Shown here: piece by piece, positions 42,306-52,131 of the stretch
How the letters are laid out: each line of letters begins with the position of its first letter
How positions within the stretch are numbered: the stretch's first letter is position 1
Source of the DNA: Candidatus Eiseniibacteriota bacterium
Lineage (GTDB): Bacteria; Eisenbacteria; RBG-16-71-46; CAIMUX01
Direction of reading: 5' to 3'
NCBI GenBank assembly: GCA_016712505.1
Contig: JADJQY010000009.1
Span: 234,690 to 298,689 of the forward strand
Length of the DNA: 64,000 nucleotides
The notes under the pieces: model-generated
Seen by the model: only the letters and a program-made list of their open reading frames with translations
The model's database searches: none
What the model was told of the DNA's origin: nothing
Program-made: the position numbers and the translations under genes

Positions 42306-45300
42306 CTAATCCACGACCTGCGCGGCCGGGGGAGCCGGACGTGCCCAGGGCAACGGGCCACGGCCAAGACCCCAGCGCAGAGTCGCCCGCACGCGGGCGA
42401 GATCGTCCTCCGCCAGGACGTAGAAGGTGGGGAGGAGGATCAGGGTCAGCACGGTGCCGACGGTGAGGCCGCCCATCAGGGTCATGGCCATCGGGGCGTA
42501 GCGGGCGTCGCCAATGTTGCTGTCGCCGAGGGCCAGCGGCACCAGCCCGAGCACCGTCGTGCCGGCGGTCATGAGCACCGGGCGGAATCGCTCGCGGCAC
42601 CCTTCGAGCACCGCATCGGAACGACTACGACCCGCCCGCCGCAACTGGTTGATGTGGTCGATGAGGACGATCCCGTTGTTCACGATCACGCCGATCAGGA
42701 TGACGATGCCGATCATCGCCATGATGTTCATCGGAGTGCGGGTCAGGATCAGAGTCCAGACCACCCCCACGCCGGCCAGCGGGACGGTGTTCATGATCAC
42801 CAGGGGGTGAAGGAACGACTCGAAGAGTGCCGCCATGACGAAGTAGACGCAGGCCAGAGCGAGGAGGATGTCCCACCCGAGTCGGCTCTGCTGTTCCTGG
42901 CTGTCTCGCATCTCACGCCCGAACGACCACGAGTAGCCGGTGGGGAGCGCGAGGTTCTTCATCGTCCCCTCGACCGCACGGGTGACGTCCTTCATCTCCT
43001 CCCCCTCGTAGCTCGCGCGGACGGACGCGGCGGTGCGCTGCTCCTCCCGGTTGATGCTGCCGGGAGTGCGGCGCATCTCGAAATGGGCAACCTGATCGAG
43101 CTGGATGCCGCGGCCGTCGACCATGGTGACCGGGAGCATGGCCAGACTCTCGAGGTTTCGCCGGTCCGAGGGTTCGAGGAGGATCCCCATCTCGACCTCG
43201 CGGTCGCGGGCCTGGAACTCGCGCAGGGAAACACCGCGGAAGGTGAGGCCGAGCAGACTGGCCAACCCGCCAGGGTTCACGTCGAAACGGCCGGCGCGGG
43301 CGCGGTCGAGGATGACCTGCACCTCTTCCCGTCCGTCGTCAGCGTCGGTGCGCACGTCCTGCAGGTCCGGGATCTGGGCCAGGCGCCGCTTAGCCTCCTC
43401 GGCGTAGGTGCGGAGCAGCTTGCTGTCCTCTCCGAAGAGAGTGACCGAGATCGTCTTCGCCCCCTTGCCCGCCTCCTGGTCCTCGCCCAGGCGATAGTCG
43501 AGTCCGGCCTGCTCGGGGAGGTGCTTGCGCAGCCACTTTCGCATCTCGCGAAGGTCGCGCTCGCCGGTCTTCCGTCCGGGCTGGAAGTAGATCCGCGTGG
43601 CGGCGGCGTTCGCCTCGTACACCGAATAGAGCGACTCGATCCCGAGCGAGTCCTTGCGGGCGGAGAGGACGGCCTCGACCGGGAGGACGTACTCCTCGGC
43701 CCGCTCCATGCTCACGTTGTCGGTGAACTCGTAGTTGATCCGGAGGAACTCGACCTTCATGCCGCGTTCGGAGTCGGCCTCGGGGGAGAACTTGGTCACG
43801 GCGATCAACCCCACGGTGAGGAGCAGGGCTGCCGGCACCAGCAGATAGGCGGTGTGGCGCGGGTGGGTGACCGCGGTCCAGCGCAGGATGCGGACGTACC
43901 GGTCCTTCATCCGGGTGAGGAACCCGAACTCCGGCACCTGGCGCATCTGCTTGAGCCGCGAGGCGAAGATCGGCACCAGGGTGAGGCAGACGATCAAGGA
44001 GAGGATGAGCGTGACCGTGATGGTGACCCCGACCTCGCCGAGATAGACCGCGATCTCCTCCCCCTTGGAGAGGATGACCGGGGCGAAGACGATCACCGAG
44101 GTGAGGGTGGAGGCGCTGACGGCCAGCGCGACCTCGCGGGTCCCGCTTCGTGCCGCCTCGAAGGCGGAGTCGCCGCGTTGTTGGCGTTGAAAGATCGCTT
44201 CGAGGACCACGATCGCGTTGTCGACCAGCATGCCGACCGCGAGCATCAGTCCCATCATGGTGAGGACGTTGAGCGAACGGCCGGTGAGGTAGAGGAACGC
44301 ACAGGTGCCGATGACCGAGATGGGAATCGCAATCGAGACGATCAGGGTCTGGCGCACCTGCCGGAGGAAGAGGAGCAGCACGCCGAGGGCGAGCACAGAT
44401 CCCATCCACCCGCTGGAGAGGAGTCCATTGAGCGAGTTCTTGATCTGTTCTGCCTGATCGAAGAAGAGCACGACGTCGATACCCTCGAGGGCCGGGTCGT
44501 TGTTCATCTCGGCCAGGACGGCGTTGACTCGCCGTGAGACCTCGACGATGTTCGCTCCCGACGCCTTCTGGATCCAGAAGGCGACCGCGGGCTCGCCGTT
44601 CAGGCGCCGCCGGTAGGTGGGGGCGGGCTCGCGGTAGACCACCTCGGCGATATCGCGGAGGCGAACCCCGGGGCTGATCTGCATCGCCTCGACTTCGGTG
44701 AAGTCCTTGAACTGCCCCAGCGCCCGGACCGAGACCTCCTGCCGACCGGCGCGGACGTGACCGATCGAGAGATCGACGTTGTTTCCGTTCAGCAGGGCGA
44801 AGACCCGATCGACCTCCACCTTGTGCTCCATGATCTTGTCCATGCGGAGGTAGATCGTGAGCTGCTTCGGCGTGATGCCGTCGGCCTCCACCCGTCCGAC
44901 TCCCTCGATCCGCCTCAGAGGATTGAGGATGCGCCGTTCGAGGAGGTCATAGGAGTTCGAGAGGTCCCGGCCCCGCGAACTGATGCGTCCCTCCATGATC
45001 GGGATGTCGTTCGAGTTGAAGGTGAAGAGGAACGTCTCCTCCAGGTCGTTGGGCAGGAGGGGACGGACCTGATCGATTCGCTCTTTGACCTCGACCCGGA
45101 GCAGATCGACCGGCTGACCGAAGTCGAATTGCACGCCGACGAAGGCGCCGTTCTGGTCGCAGTTGGCGAAGATGTGCTTCACCCCGCCGAGGGTCGCCAT
45201 CACCTCCTCGATCGGCCGTACCACCTCGCGCTCCACTTCCTCCGGTACGGCGTTGGGATAGGGAGCCCAGACGCCGATGAAGGGGAACTCCATCTGGGGG

Positions 45301-45410
45301 AGGAAATCGAGGCGGAGCTTCCAGATGCTCACCGCGCCGAGCAGCATGGCAGCCAGGGTCACGACCAGGATGGTGACCGGGCGGCGCAGCGAGAGATCGG
45401 AGAGGCTCAT
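42306..45410 (-). CDS. RND efflux permease (AcrB/MdtC-like)
   Basis: 1034 aa, 12 TM + two large periplasmic loops; 'MSLSDLSLRRPVTILVVTLAAMLLG' N-terminus. Confidence 0.9.
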   Translation of the reverse strand: MSLSDLSLRRPVTILVVTLAAMLLGAVSIWKLRLDFLPQMEFPFIGVWAPYPNAVPEEVEREVVRPIEEVMATLGGVKHIFANCDQNGAFVGVQFDFGQPVDLLRVEVKERIDQVRPLLPNDLEETFLFTFNSNDIPIMEGRISSRGRDLSNSYDLLERRILNPLRRIEGVGRVEADGITPKQLTIYLRMDKIMEHKVEVDRVFALLNGNNVDLSIGHVRAGRQEVSVRALGQFKDFTEVEAMQISPGVRLRDIAEVVYREPAPTYRRRLNGEPAVAFWIQKASGANIVEVSRRVNAVLAEMNNDPALEGIDVVLFFDQAEQIKNSLNGLLSSGWMGSVLALGVLLLFLRQVRQTLIVSIAIPISVIGTCAFLYLTGRSLNVLTMMGLMLAVGMLVDNAIVVLEAIFQRQQRGDSAFEAARSGTREVALAVSASTLTSVIVFAPVILSKGEEIAVYLGEVGVTITVTLILSLIVCLTLVPIFASRLKQMRQVPEFGFLTRMKDRYVRILRWTAVTHPRHTAYLLVPAALLLTVGLIAVTKFSPEADSERGMKVEFLRINYEFTDNVSMERAEEYVLPVEAVLSARKDSLGIESLYSVYEANAAATRIYFQPGRKTGERDLREMRKWLRKHLPEQAGLDYRLGEDQEAGKGAKTISVTLFGEDSKLLRTYAEEAKRRLAQIPDLQDVRTDADDGREEVQVILDRARAGRFDVNPGGLASLLGLTFRGVSLREFQARDREVEMGILLEPSDRRNLESLAMLPVTMVDGRGIQLDQVAHFEMRRTPGSINREEQRTAASVRASYEGEEMKDVTRAVEGTMKNLALPTGYSWSFGREMRDSQEQQSRLGWDILLALACVYFVMAALFESFLHPLVIMNTVPLAGVGVVWTLILTRTPMNIMAMIGIVILIGVIVNNGIVLIDHINQLRRAGRSRSDAVLEGCRERFRPVLMTAGTTVLGLVPLALGDSNIGDARYAPMAMTLMGGLTVGTVLTLILLPTFYVLAEDDLARVRATLRWGLGRGPLPWARPAPPAAQVVD

Positions 45411-45441
45411 TGGCGAATTCCTGTCCTTCCGGCGGCGGAGC

Positions 45442-47019
45442 CTAGGCCTTGCGATCGACCAGCGAGTAGACGGTCGGGATGACGATCAGGGTGAGCAGCG
45501 TGGCCAGACTCAGCCCTCCGATCACCCCGATCGCCATCGGGGTGCGGATCTCCGCCCCTTCGCCGATCCCCAGGGCCATCGGCACCAGGCCGAGCACCGT
45601 TGTTATGGTAGTCATCAGGATCGGACGCAGGCGGATCGGTCCGGCCTCGAGCAACGCCTCGAGCTTCGTCCGGCCCTCCTTCCGGAGCTGGTTCACATAC
45701 TCGATCAGGACGATGGCGTTATTGACCACGATGCCCACGAGCAGGATCACGCCGATCAGGACCACGATCGAGACCGACGTGCCGGTCGCGGCGAGCGCGA
45801 GCACCACGCCCACCAGGCCGAGCGGGACCGCGAGCATGATCACCAACGGGTGGAGGAACGATTCGAACTCGCTCGCCATGCACATGTAGACCATGAAGAT
45901 GGCCAGCGCTCCGGCCAGCAACAGGCTCTTGAACGAAACCGCCACCTCCTCGTTCTGTCCCCCGAGGGCGGCGGATAGGGTGGCCGGTGGCGGTACCCGC
46001 TGGAGGAGCGAGCGAACCTCGCGCATCACCGTGCCGAGGTCGCGTCCGGCGAGGTCGGCGGAGATGACCGCGACCCGCTGCTGGCTGTCGCGCGTGATCT
46101 GGGCCGGGCCTTCTCCCACCCGTACCTCCGCCACGGAGGAGAGCGGAACCGGCACGCCATCGTGCGAGGAGATCACCACGTTACGGACATCGTCGGTGGT
46201 CAGGCCCCGGGCGTCCGCGGTGCGCACGACGATGTCGAGTTGTCGGTCACGCTCCTTGAGTCGGGTGGCGACGTCTCCGCGGATCTTGCTCCGCAGTCCG
46301 CGCGCAATCGACTCCAGATCGAGGCCGAGGGAGGCGACGCGGTCGCGATCGAAAAGGATCTGAACCTCGGGCGTTCCTTCCTCGATGCTGGTGCGGAGGT
46401 CGCGCAACCCCGGAATCGCGCGCATTTCCGCCACCAGCTTCGTGCTGTAGTCGCGCATCTCCTCGAGATCGTGACCGTAGACCAGGACCTCTACCGGGGT
46501 CTGGAAGCTGAAGTAGGTGGGGCGGCGGAAGGTGGTGCGGAGATCGGGATACTGCGCGAGCAGGCCGCGCACCGATTCGATCACCGCGGCCTCTTCCTTC
46601 CGGTCGCCGGGGTGGGCCAGGGCGATCGAGATCTGGGCCACGTTGTCCCGTCTCTGGGTGCGGGCACTCCCGAGTTCCGGGCTCTCGCCGACGCTGGAGA
46701 AGAAGACGCGGATCCGGCGATCCCCCTTGAGCTGGTTCTCGATCTGGGTGGTGACGGTCTGCGTGGCCTGGAGGGGCGTGCCGGCCGGCAGTTCGAGGTC
46801 GAAGGCGAACTCCCCTTGCGAGAACTGGGGGACCAGCTCGGTCCCGAGGGTGGGAATCAGTGCCGCCGCGGCGCCGGTGATCAGCGCCACGACGAGTAAC
46901 GTGCGCCAGGGTCGGAGCAACGAGGCGCGAAGCATCGGCGGGTAGAGCGCGGCAAATCGGTTCCAACCCTGGTCGAATCCTTTTTGCACTGGCCAGAGCA
47001 GGAGATCGATCCCCTGCAT
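45442..47019 (-). CDS. RND efflux permease, C-terminal half (TM7-12 + PC1/PC2) of split MdtB-like gene
   Basis: Begins with TM7-like helix then PC1 loop; ATG lies one codon after in-frame TAA of the N-half ORF. Confidence 0.8.
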   Translation of the reverse strand: MQGIDLLLWPVQKGFDQGWNRFAALYPPMLRASLLRPWRTLLVVALITGAAAALIPTLGTELVPQFSQGEFAFDLELPAGTPLQATQTVTTQIENQLKGDRRIRVFFSSVGESPELGSARTQRRDNVAQISIALAHPGDRKEEAAVIESVRGLLAQYPDLRTTFRRPTYFSFQTPVEVLVYGHDLEEMRDYSTKLVAEMRAIPGLRDLRTSIEEGTPEVQILFDRDRVASLGLDLESIARGLRSKIRGDVATRLKERDRQLDIVVRTADARGLTTDDVRNVVISSHDGVPVPLSSVAEVRVGEGPAQITRDSQQRVAVISADLAGRDLGTVMREVRSLLQRVPPPATLSAALGGQNEEVAVSFKSLLLAGALAIFMVYMCMASEFESFLHPLVIMLAVPLGLVGVVLALAATGTSVSIVVLIGVILLVGIVVNNAIVLIEYVNQLRKEGRTKLEALLEAGPIRLRPILMTTITTVLGLVPMALGIGEGAEIRTPMAIGVIGGLSLATLLTLIVIPTVYSLVDRKA

Positions 47020-47022
47020 GGT

Positions 47023-48684
47023 TTACGCTCCGCCCACCGTCACGATACGAATCAGTGCTCCCGGGAGCAAGACCGAGACGAAGCGCCCTACCCAGCGAAA
47101 ACCGATTCCGGCCGGGCGAAGCACGGGGGTGAGGCGGTGGGTCGGCTTGCTCGGTCGGACCTGTACCGGTGACGCCGGGTCGATGGCCGGAGAGGGGTCG
47201 CCCGGGATGGCCTGATCGTTCCGCAGGTGTCCGAGGGCGGCCATGATCGGGATGATGGTCAGCGCCATGAGCAGGGAGATGATCTGCGCCGCGGTGATGG
47301 TGATCGCCTGGTCGCGGAAGATCTGGCCCGCGATCCCTTCGACGAAGATGATCGGGAGGAACACCGCCACCGTGGTGGCGGTCGAACCGGTGACCGGAAC
47401 TGCCACCTCGTTGGTCCCGTCGAGTGTGGCCTGCCACACTCCCTTCCCCTGCGCGCGGTGGCGCGCGATCGCTTCCAGCACCACGATGGCATTGTCCATC
47501 ATGTTGCCGACCCCGAGGGCCAGACCCCCGAGCGACATGATGTTCAGCGTCACTCCGAGCTGCTGCATGACCAGGAAGGTCGCGACGATGGAGATCGGGA
47601 TGGTCGTCGCGGTGATCAGGGTGCTCCGTCGATCCTTGAGGAAGAGATAGAGCACGATGACCGCCAGGAGACCGCCCTGGATCGCGTTCGCCTTGACCTC
47701 GTCGACCGCGCTCTCGATGAAGGTCGACTGGTCGAAGAGAATCTCGGTGCCGACTCCTTTGGGTAGAGTCTCCTCCAGGCGCTTCAGCTTGGCCTTGACC
47801 CGGCGGGCCACTTCGACGGTGTTGGCATCCCCTTCCTTGAAGAGGGCGATCTCGACCGCTTCCTCGCCGTGCACCCGGGTGATGACGTCGCGATCTTTGT
47901 ATCCGCGGTGGATCTCGGAGACATCGGCCAGGGTGACGCGACGCCCCTCCTGTTCGATCAGGACGGTGCGTCCGATCTCGTCCGCGTCGGCGAACTCATT
48001 CAAGGTGCGGACCAGGAACTCGGCGTCGCGGTCGCGCAGCGATCCGCCGGAAGCGTTGATGTTCTGGCTGGCGAGGAAGTTGTTCACCGCGGAGATCGGG
48101 ATGCCCAGGAGGGCGAGCTTCCCCTCATCGACCTGAACCTGGATCTCTTCCTCGAGGCCTCCCTTGATTCGGGCGGAGGCCACGCCGTCGATCGATTCCA
48201 GTTCCTTCTTCACGATCCGATCGGCGAGGTAGCGGAGCGTGACCAGGTCCTTGTCCCCATGCAGACCGAGCCTGAGCACCGGGTCGAGGTTGGGGTCGTA
48301 GCGGAGCAGGACCGGCGGCTGGATTCCGTCCGGCAGGTTGATCAGATCGATCTTCTCCCGTACGTCGAGGGCGGCGTAGTCCATGTCGGTGTTCCAGGCG
48401 AACTCGAGCGTGATCTCGGAGACGCCGGATCGGGAGACCGAGCGCAGGTGGCGTAGCCCCTGAACCACCGCCACCGACTGTTCGAGCGGTTCGGTGACCA
48501 GGTTCTCGATCTCCGCCGGTGCGGCATCGGGGTACTCGGTACGCAGGGTCAGCGAGGGGTAGGAGATGTCCGGCAGGAGGTTCCAGGGAAGGCGCCAGAG
48601 TGAGACCCAGCCGAAGAGGAGCGCCGCGATGGTGACCATGGTCACGGTGACCGGGCGTGTCATGGAGAAGCCGACGATTTTCAC
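47023..48684 (-). CDS. RND efflux permease, N-terminal half (TM1-6 + PN1/PN2)
   Basis: 'VKIVGFSMTRPVTVTMVTIAALLFG' AcrB-type N-terminus; GTG start with AGGAG RBS; ends at TAA in cytoplasmic TM6-TM7 linker. Confidence 0.8.
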   Translation of the reverse strand: MKIVGFSMTRPVTVTMVTIAALLFGWVSLWRLPWNLLPDISYPSLTLRTEYPDAAPAEIENLVTEPLEQSVAVVQGLRHLRSVSRSGVSEITLEFAWNTDMDYAALDVREKIDLINLPDGIQPPVLLRYDPNLDPVLRLGLHGDKDLVTLRYLADRIVKKELESIDGVASARIKGGLEEEIQVQVDEGKLALLGIPISAVNNFLASQNINASGGSLRDRDAEFLVRTLNEFADADEIGRTVLIEQEGRRVTLADVSEIHRGYKDRDVITRVHGEEAVEIALFKEGDANTVEVARRVKAKLKRLEETLPKGVGTEILFDQSTFIESAVDEVKANAIQGGLLAVIVLYLFLKDRRSTLITATTIPISIVATFLVMQQLGVTLNIMSLGGLALGVGNMMDNAIVVLEAIARHRAQGKGVWQATLDGTNEVAVPVTGSTATTVAVFLPIIFVEGIAGQIFRDQAITITAAQIISLLMALTIIPIMAALGHLRNDQAIPGDPSPAIDPASPVQVRPSKPTHRLTPVLRPAGIGFRWVGRFVSVLLPGALIRIVTVGGA

Positions 48685-48826
48685 CTGCGCTCCTGTGGTT
48701 GGTTGGCGCCACCCGAGGTGGCGATCGTCTGGTTCACCGCCGTTCGGTGCACGACGAGATGACGGGCCGGACAGCGCTTTGTGCGCGACCCCCCCGGGGC
48801 GCGCCCGTGCCGCGGCCCGATCGCGC

Positions 48827-50161
48827 CTATTGCGTCTCCCGCGCGGCCGAGGTGGAGTCGGCGGCTGCCTTGCGGACTTCGCGGAACTTCGAGCCATTAC
48901 GCAGAGCGCCATGCCCGACCGCGACCACCCGGTCTCCCGCCTCGATGCCGGAACTGATCTCGATCCAGTTGCCGTCCACTGCGCCGGTCAGCACCGGAAG
49001 TTTGAGTACGCTGTCGGCGACCGCTTTCCAGACGTAGTTCTCGCCCCCTTCGATCACCACCGCGCGCTTGGGCAGTACGCGCACGTCCTCGTGAACTGCG
49101 GTGGGGAGCTTTACCCGCACGAACGATCCGGGTCGGAGGGCGGCACCTTCGGCCGTGACGCGGCAGGTGACCTTGATGGTGCCGGTGCGGTCGTCCACCA
49201 CCGGCGAGACGCGCAGGATCGCGCCGCGCACGTCCCGGTCGGGGTCGGTGTCCGGGCTGATCAGCACTTCCTGTTCCGGGCGGAGCCGGCGGACCTCACG
49301 CTCGGGCAGGTGAATCGCGGCGAGCAGGGGATCGGGGTCGACGATCTGGAACAGCGGAGTCCCCATGGTGACGTTCTGTCCCCGGTCGATCGTGCGTCGT
49401 GCGATCTGTCCGGCGAAGGGAGCGGTGATGCGGGTGTAGTCGAGATTGAGTTGTGCCGTCTTGCGCGAGGCTTCGGTCTGTTCCCAGGCCGACTGGGCGT
49501 CGGAGAGATCCTTGTCGCTGGCCAGCTGTTTGCCGTGGAGGGCCTTGACCCGATCGAAATCCGAAGCCAGCTTGCGTGTCCGGGCCGTCGCTTCTTCCAG
49601 AGCTACGGCCTGCGCGTCGCTCTCGAGGCGCGCAAGGACCTGGCCCTCTTTGACCCAGTCGCCTTCTTCGACCCGTAGTTCGACGATTTGCCCGGAGGCC
49701 TTGGAGAGGATCTCGGCCTTGCGCTCCGCCTCCAGAGTGGCGGTCGAACCGAGGTAGGTGGGGAGGTCGCGGACCTCGACGCTCGCCAGCTCGACCGGGA
49801 CCGGCTCCTCCTCGGCCTTCTCGTCTTTCTTGTTCTTGTTGAGGAAGGCGAAGGGGGACTTCTTGTCGGACCCTTTCTTGTCGTGTTTCGCGTTCGGTTG
49901 GTTCGTACCGGAGCCGGAGGTGTCGGCCACGACGGTCGAGTCGGCCGCGTTGGCCACCGCGGGGCTCGACGACTTGCGCTCACAGGCCTGGAGGCAGATG
50001 AGTCCCAGGGCAAGGGCGAGGAGGAGGTGTGCCGGTTGTCGGATACGGAGAACCTGCCCCTTGGGAAGGACATTCGGGCGGTCACCGATCCGCGGATGGT
50101 GCTCGATGGGACTGCGGTCGCGCGAACCGTGCGCGCACGAGCGGGGGCTGGTTGGAATCAT
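48827..50161 (-). CDS. RND efflux membrane-fusion (periplasmic adaptor) protein, HlyD/MdtA-like
   Basis: N-terminal TM anchor, coiled-coil and beta-barrel MFP blocks; AAGGAG RBS 8 nt upstream of ATG. Confidence 0.85.
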   Translation of the reverse strand: MIPTSPRSCAHGSRDRSPIEHHPRIGDRPNVLPKGQVLRIRQPAHLLLALALGLICLQACERKSSSPAVANAADSTVVADTSGSGTNQPNAKHDKKGSDKKSPFAFLNKNKKDEKAEEEPVPVELASVEVRDLPTYLGSTATLEAERKAEILSKASGQIVELRVEEGDWVKEGQVLARLESDAQAVALEEATARTRKLASDFDRVKALHGKQLASDKDLSDAQSAWEQTEASRKTAQLNLDYTRITAPFAGQIARRTIDRGQNVTMGTPLFQIVDPDPLLAAIHLPEREVRRLRPEQEVLISPDTDPDRDVRGAILRVSPVVDDRTGTIKVTCRVTAEGAALRPGSFVRVKLPTAVHEDVRVLPKRAVVIEGGENYVWKAVADSVLKLPVLTGAVDGNWIEISSGIEAGDRVVAVGHGALRNGSKFREVRKAAADSTSAARETQ

Positions 50162-50404
50162 CCCGGTAACTCCTTTGACCTGGTCGGACGTGGGCTCGAC
50201 AGCCGATCGATCGTTCTTCAACGTTCGTGCGCCGGCCTGCAGTACGGCCCCCCCGCCGACGAGGTTCCTCGCGAATTTGCGTCCCTGCAGAATTGTTCGC
50301 TCCGGGCCCCTGTTGCTCTCCGTTGCACGGGTGCCTGTGCCGGTGCCAGTGCCAGCGTTGGTGTTGGCAGCGCCCGCGCAGGTGACTGCACCGGTGCGGG
50401 TGTC

Positions 50405-50575
50405 GGCACCAGCTCAGGTGTCGGCATGGGCTCGGGAGTCGGTACCGGCTCTGCTGTCGGCGTGGGCTCGGGAGTCGGTACCGGCTCTGCTGTCGGCATG
50501 GGCTCGGGAGTCGGTACCGGCTCTGTCGTCGGCATGGACTCGGGAGTCGTCACCGGTTCGGGACTCTGCGTCGGC
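50405..50575 (+). repeat. Tandem 36-nt repeat (about 4 units; encodes PT/PEP-rich 12-aa repeats on minus strand)
   Basis: 'gtcggcatgggctcgggagtcggtaccggctctgct' repeated with 1-3 substitutions. Confidence 0.85.
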
Positions 50576-51008
50576 GCGGGATCGCGGCCGTGCTGTCCGA
50601 ACCGTAACCGGACCCGATCGCTGCCTTGACCGGAATGTACCTCATTGGGCGTTGGCTGTCCCCCCTGCAGGGGAGCTCGGGGTGGCGTCCAGCTCAGTTG
50701 AAGGTCGGCCGGCATCGGGGAGAGAGGCCAGGGCGCGGCGCGGGAGTCTGCCCGGCGTTGCGCAGCTCGGCGGCAGGCACGGGCGCGCCGGCTGTGTGGC
50801 CGTGCCCGGTGGTCCGGCCCTCTTGCGGGTCGGGCGGTTTCGGGTACCGCGGCGCGCGATGGGCCGGAGCTGGGTCAGAGACTGCTCGTGGTGTCCTCCA
50901 CCGTGAGTTCCGAGGAGCGAGTTGGGCGTCGTCTGGCGCTTAGGGCGAGCGAGCTCGCGATCTTCGACCGGGAGGTTCGCGAGCTGCCATTGCGAGTGAA
51001 CCGTGGGG

Positions 51009-51040
51009 CAACTCTCCCCGGGGAGAGAGTCGGCGGCGGG
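51009..51040 (+). repeat. Palindromic repeat copy H (caactctccccggggagagagt + cggcggcggg tail)
   Basis: Near-perfect 22-nt palindrome. Confidence 0.7.
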
Positions 51041-51519
51041 ATCGTCGATGAGAGGTCATCCGCGGGGCGGGGGGGGGGACGAGCCTGCGCCGACGATGCG
51101 GACCCGGTTGTCGCTGCCGTGCGCGGGTGATGGCGTCGAGGCCCGCGCGAAGAAAGGTACAACGACGCGGGGTCTGGTCTTGACCGCATTCGCGAAAGGT
51201 GGCGTTGGCGAGCAGGCGCACGCACGTGGTCGGCCTACGAGACGCAATGGAGCTTGCGGTGAGGGTTCGCTCGCGTCGAGGGCCGATTCGAGGGAAGGCA
51301 GCATGGGATCGGCGAGGCGTTCCGCGCGCACGGCGATTCGTCGAAGTGGGGAGATATCCTCGGGCGGGGGGAAGGCGCCCTCGCAGAGAGCCGATGCTGC
51401 GAGGAACCGGCAGCGTGACTCTTGCGCCTCCGGGAACCGCGTCGGAGCGGTTGGGGACTCGGTCTGGAGGAGTGGAGTTGGCTCGGCGTTGGGGTGGGAC
51501 GGCGTGGCGTGAGCGAGAT

Positions 51520-51730
51520 CCTGCGTTGGTGCGCTGGTGCGCTGGTGCGTTGGTGTGCCGGTGCCCCGGTGTTCGGGTGCGCGGGCGCGCGGGCGCGCGG
51601 GTGTGCGGGTGCGCCGGCGCGCGGGGGCGAGGGTGTGCCGGTGCGACTGCGCGTCGGTGCGTTGGCCTAGAGGTGCGGCGGTATTGCGGCGCGACGGTGC
51701 GTCCACCTGGAGGTGCGACCGCGCAGAGGT
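51520..51730 (+). repeat. Cryptic G-rich heptamer repeat tract ((C/T)GGTGCG)n
   Basis: 'gcgctggtgcgctggtgcgttggtgtgccggtgccccggtgttcgggtgcgcgggcgcgcggg...' degenerate tandem units. Confidence 0.7.
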
Positions 51731-52131
51731 GCGACGCTGTGGCAGCACGAAGGGTCCCCTCGGTCCCGACGCTACAGGGGGGCGGCGTGCGACCGGCGGT
51801 CCGCGTCGAGAGAAAGTGTGGCTGCGGAGAAAAACGGATTGACCGTTCTACGAAGGGTACGAAGCAGCGTTGCGGAACGGATCTCTCGCCTCGCGCGTGA
51901 TCGCACCTGGAGCCCTTAGGGGAGATCCGCGGCCAGAGGTGTCGATTCGAAGCGTCTGTTCAGGCGCTGGGTGCTCCCGGCCGCTCGCTGGCCCTCCGGA
52001 AGTGGCGGAGTATCGTTCGTTCGAGGCGTGAGGTGCGCGCATTGCACGCGACACGCGACACGCGACACGTTGCGCGGAGCGCAGGCGCGTGGAATCAGCG
52101 AACGAACCTCAACGAAGGCACGGAGGCCGAT

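Noticed and set aside
50218-50715. ORF 50218..50715(-) as a bona fide PT-rich protein gene
   Set aside because: It has no recognisable domains, is composed largely of the 36-nt tandem repeat, and the start codon is uncertain. It is kept only as a repeat feature.
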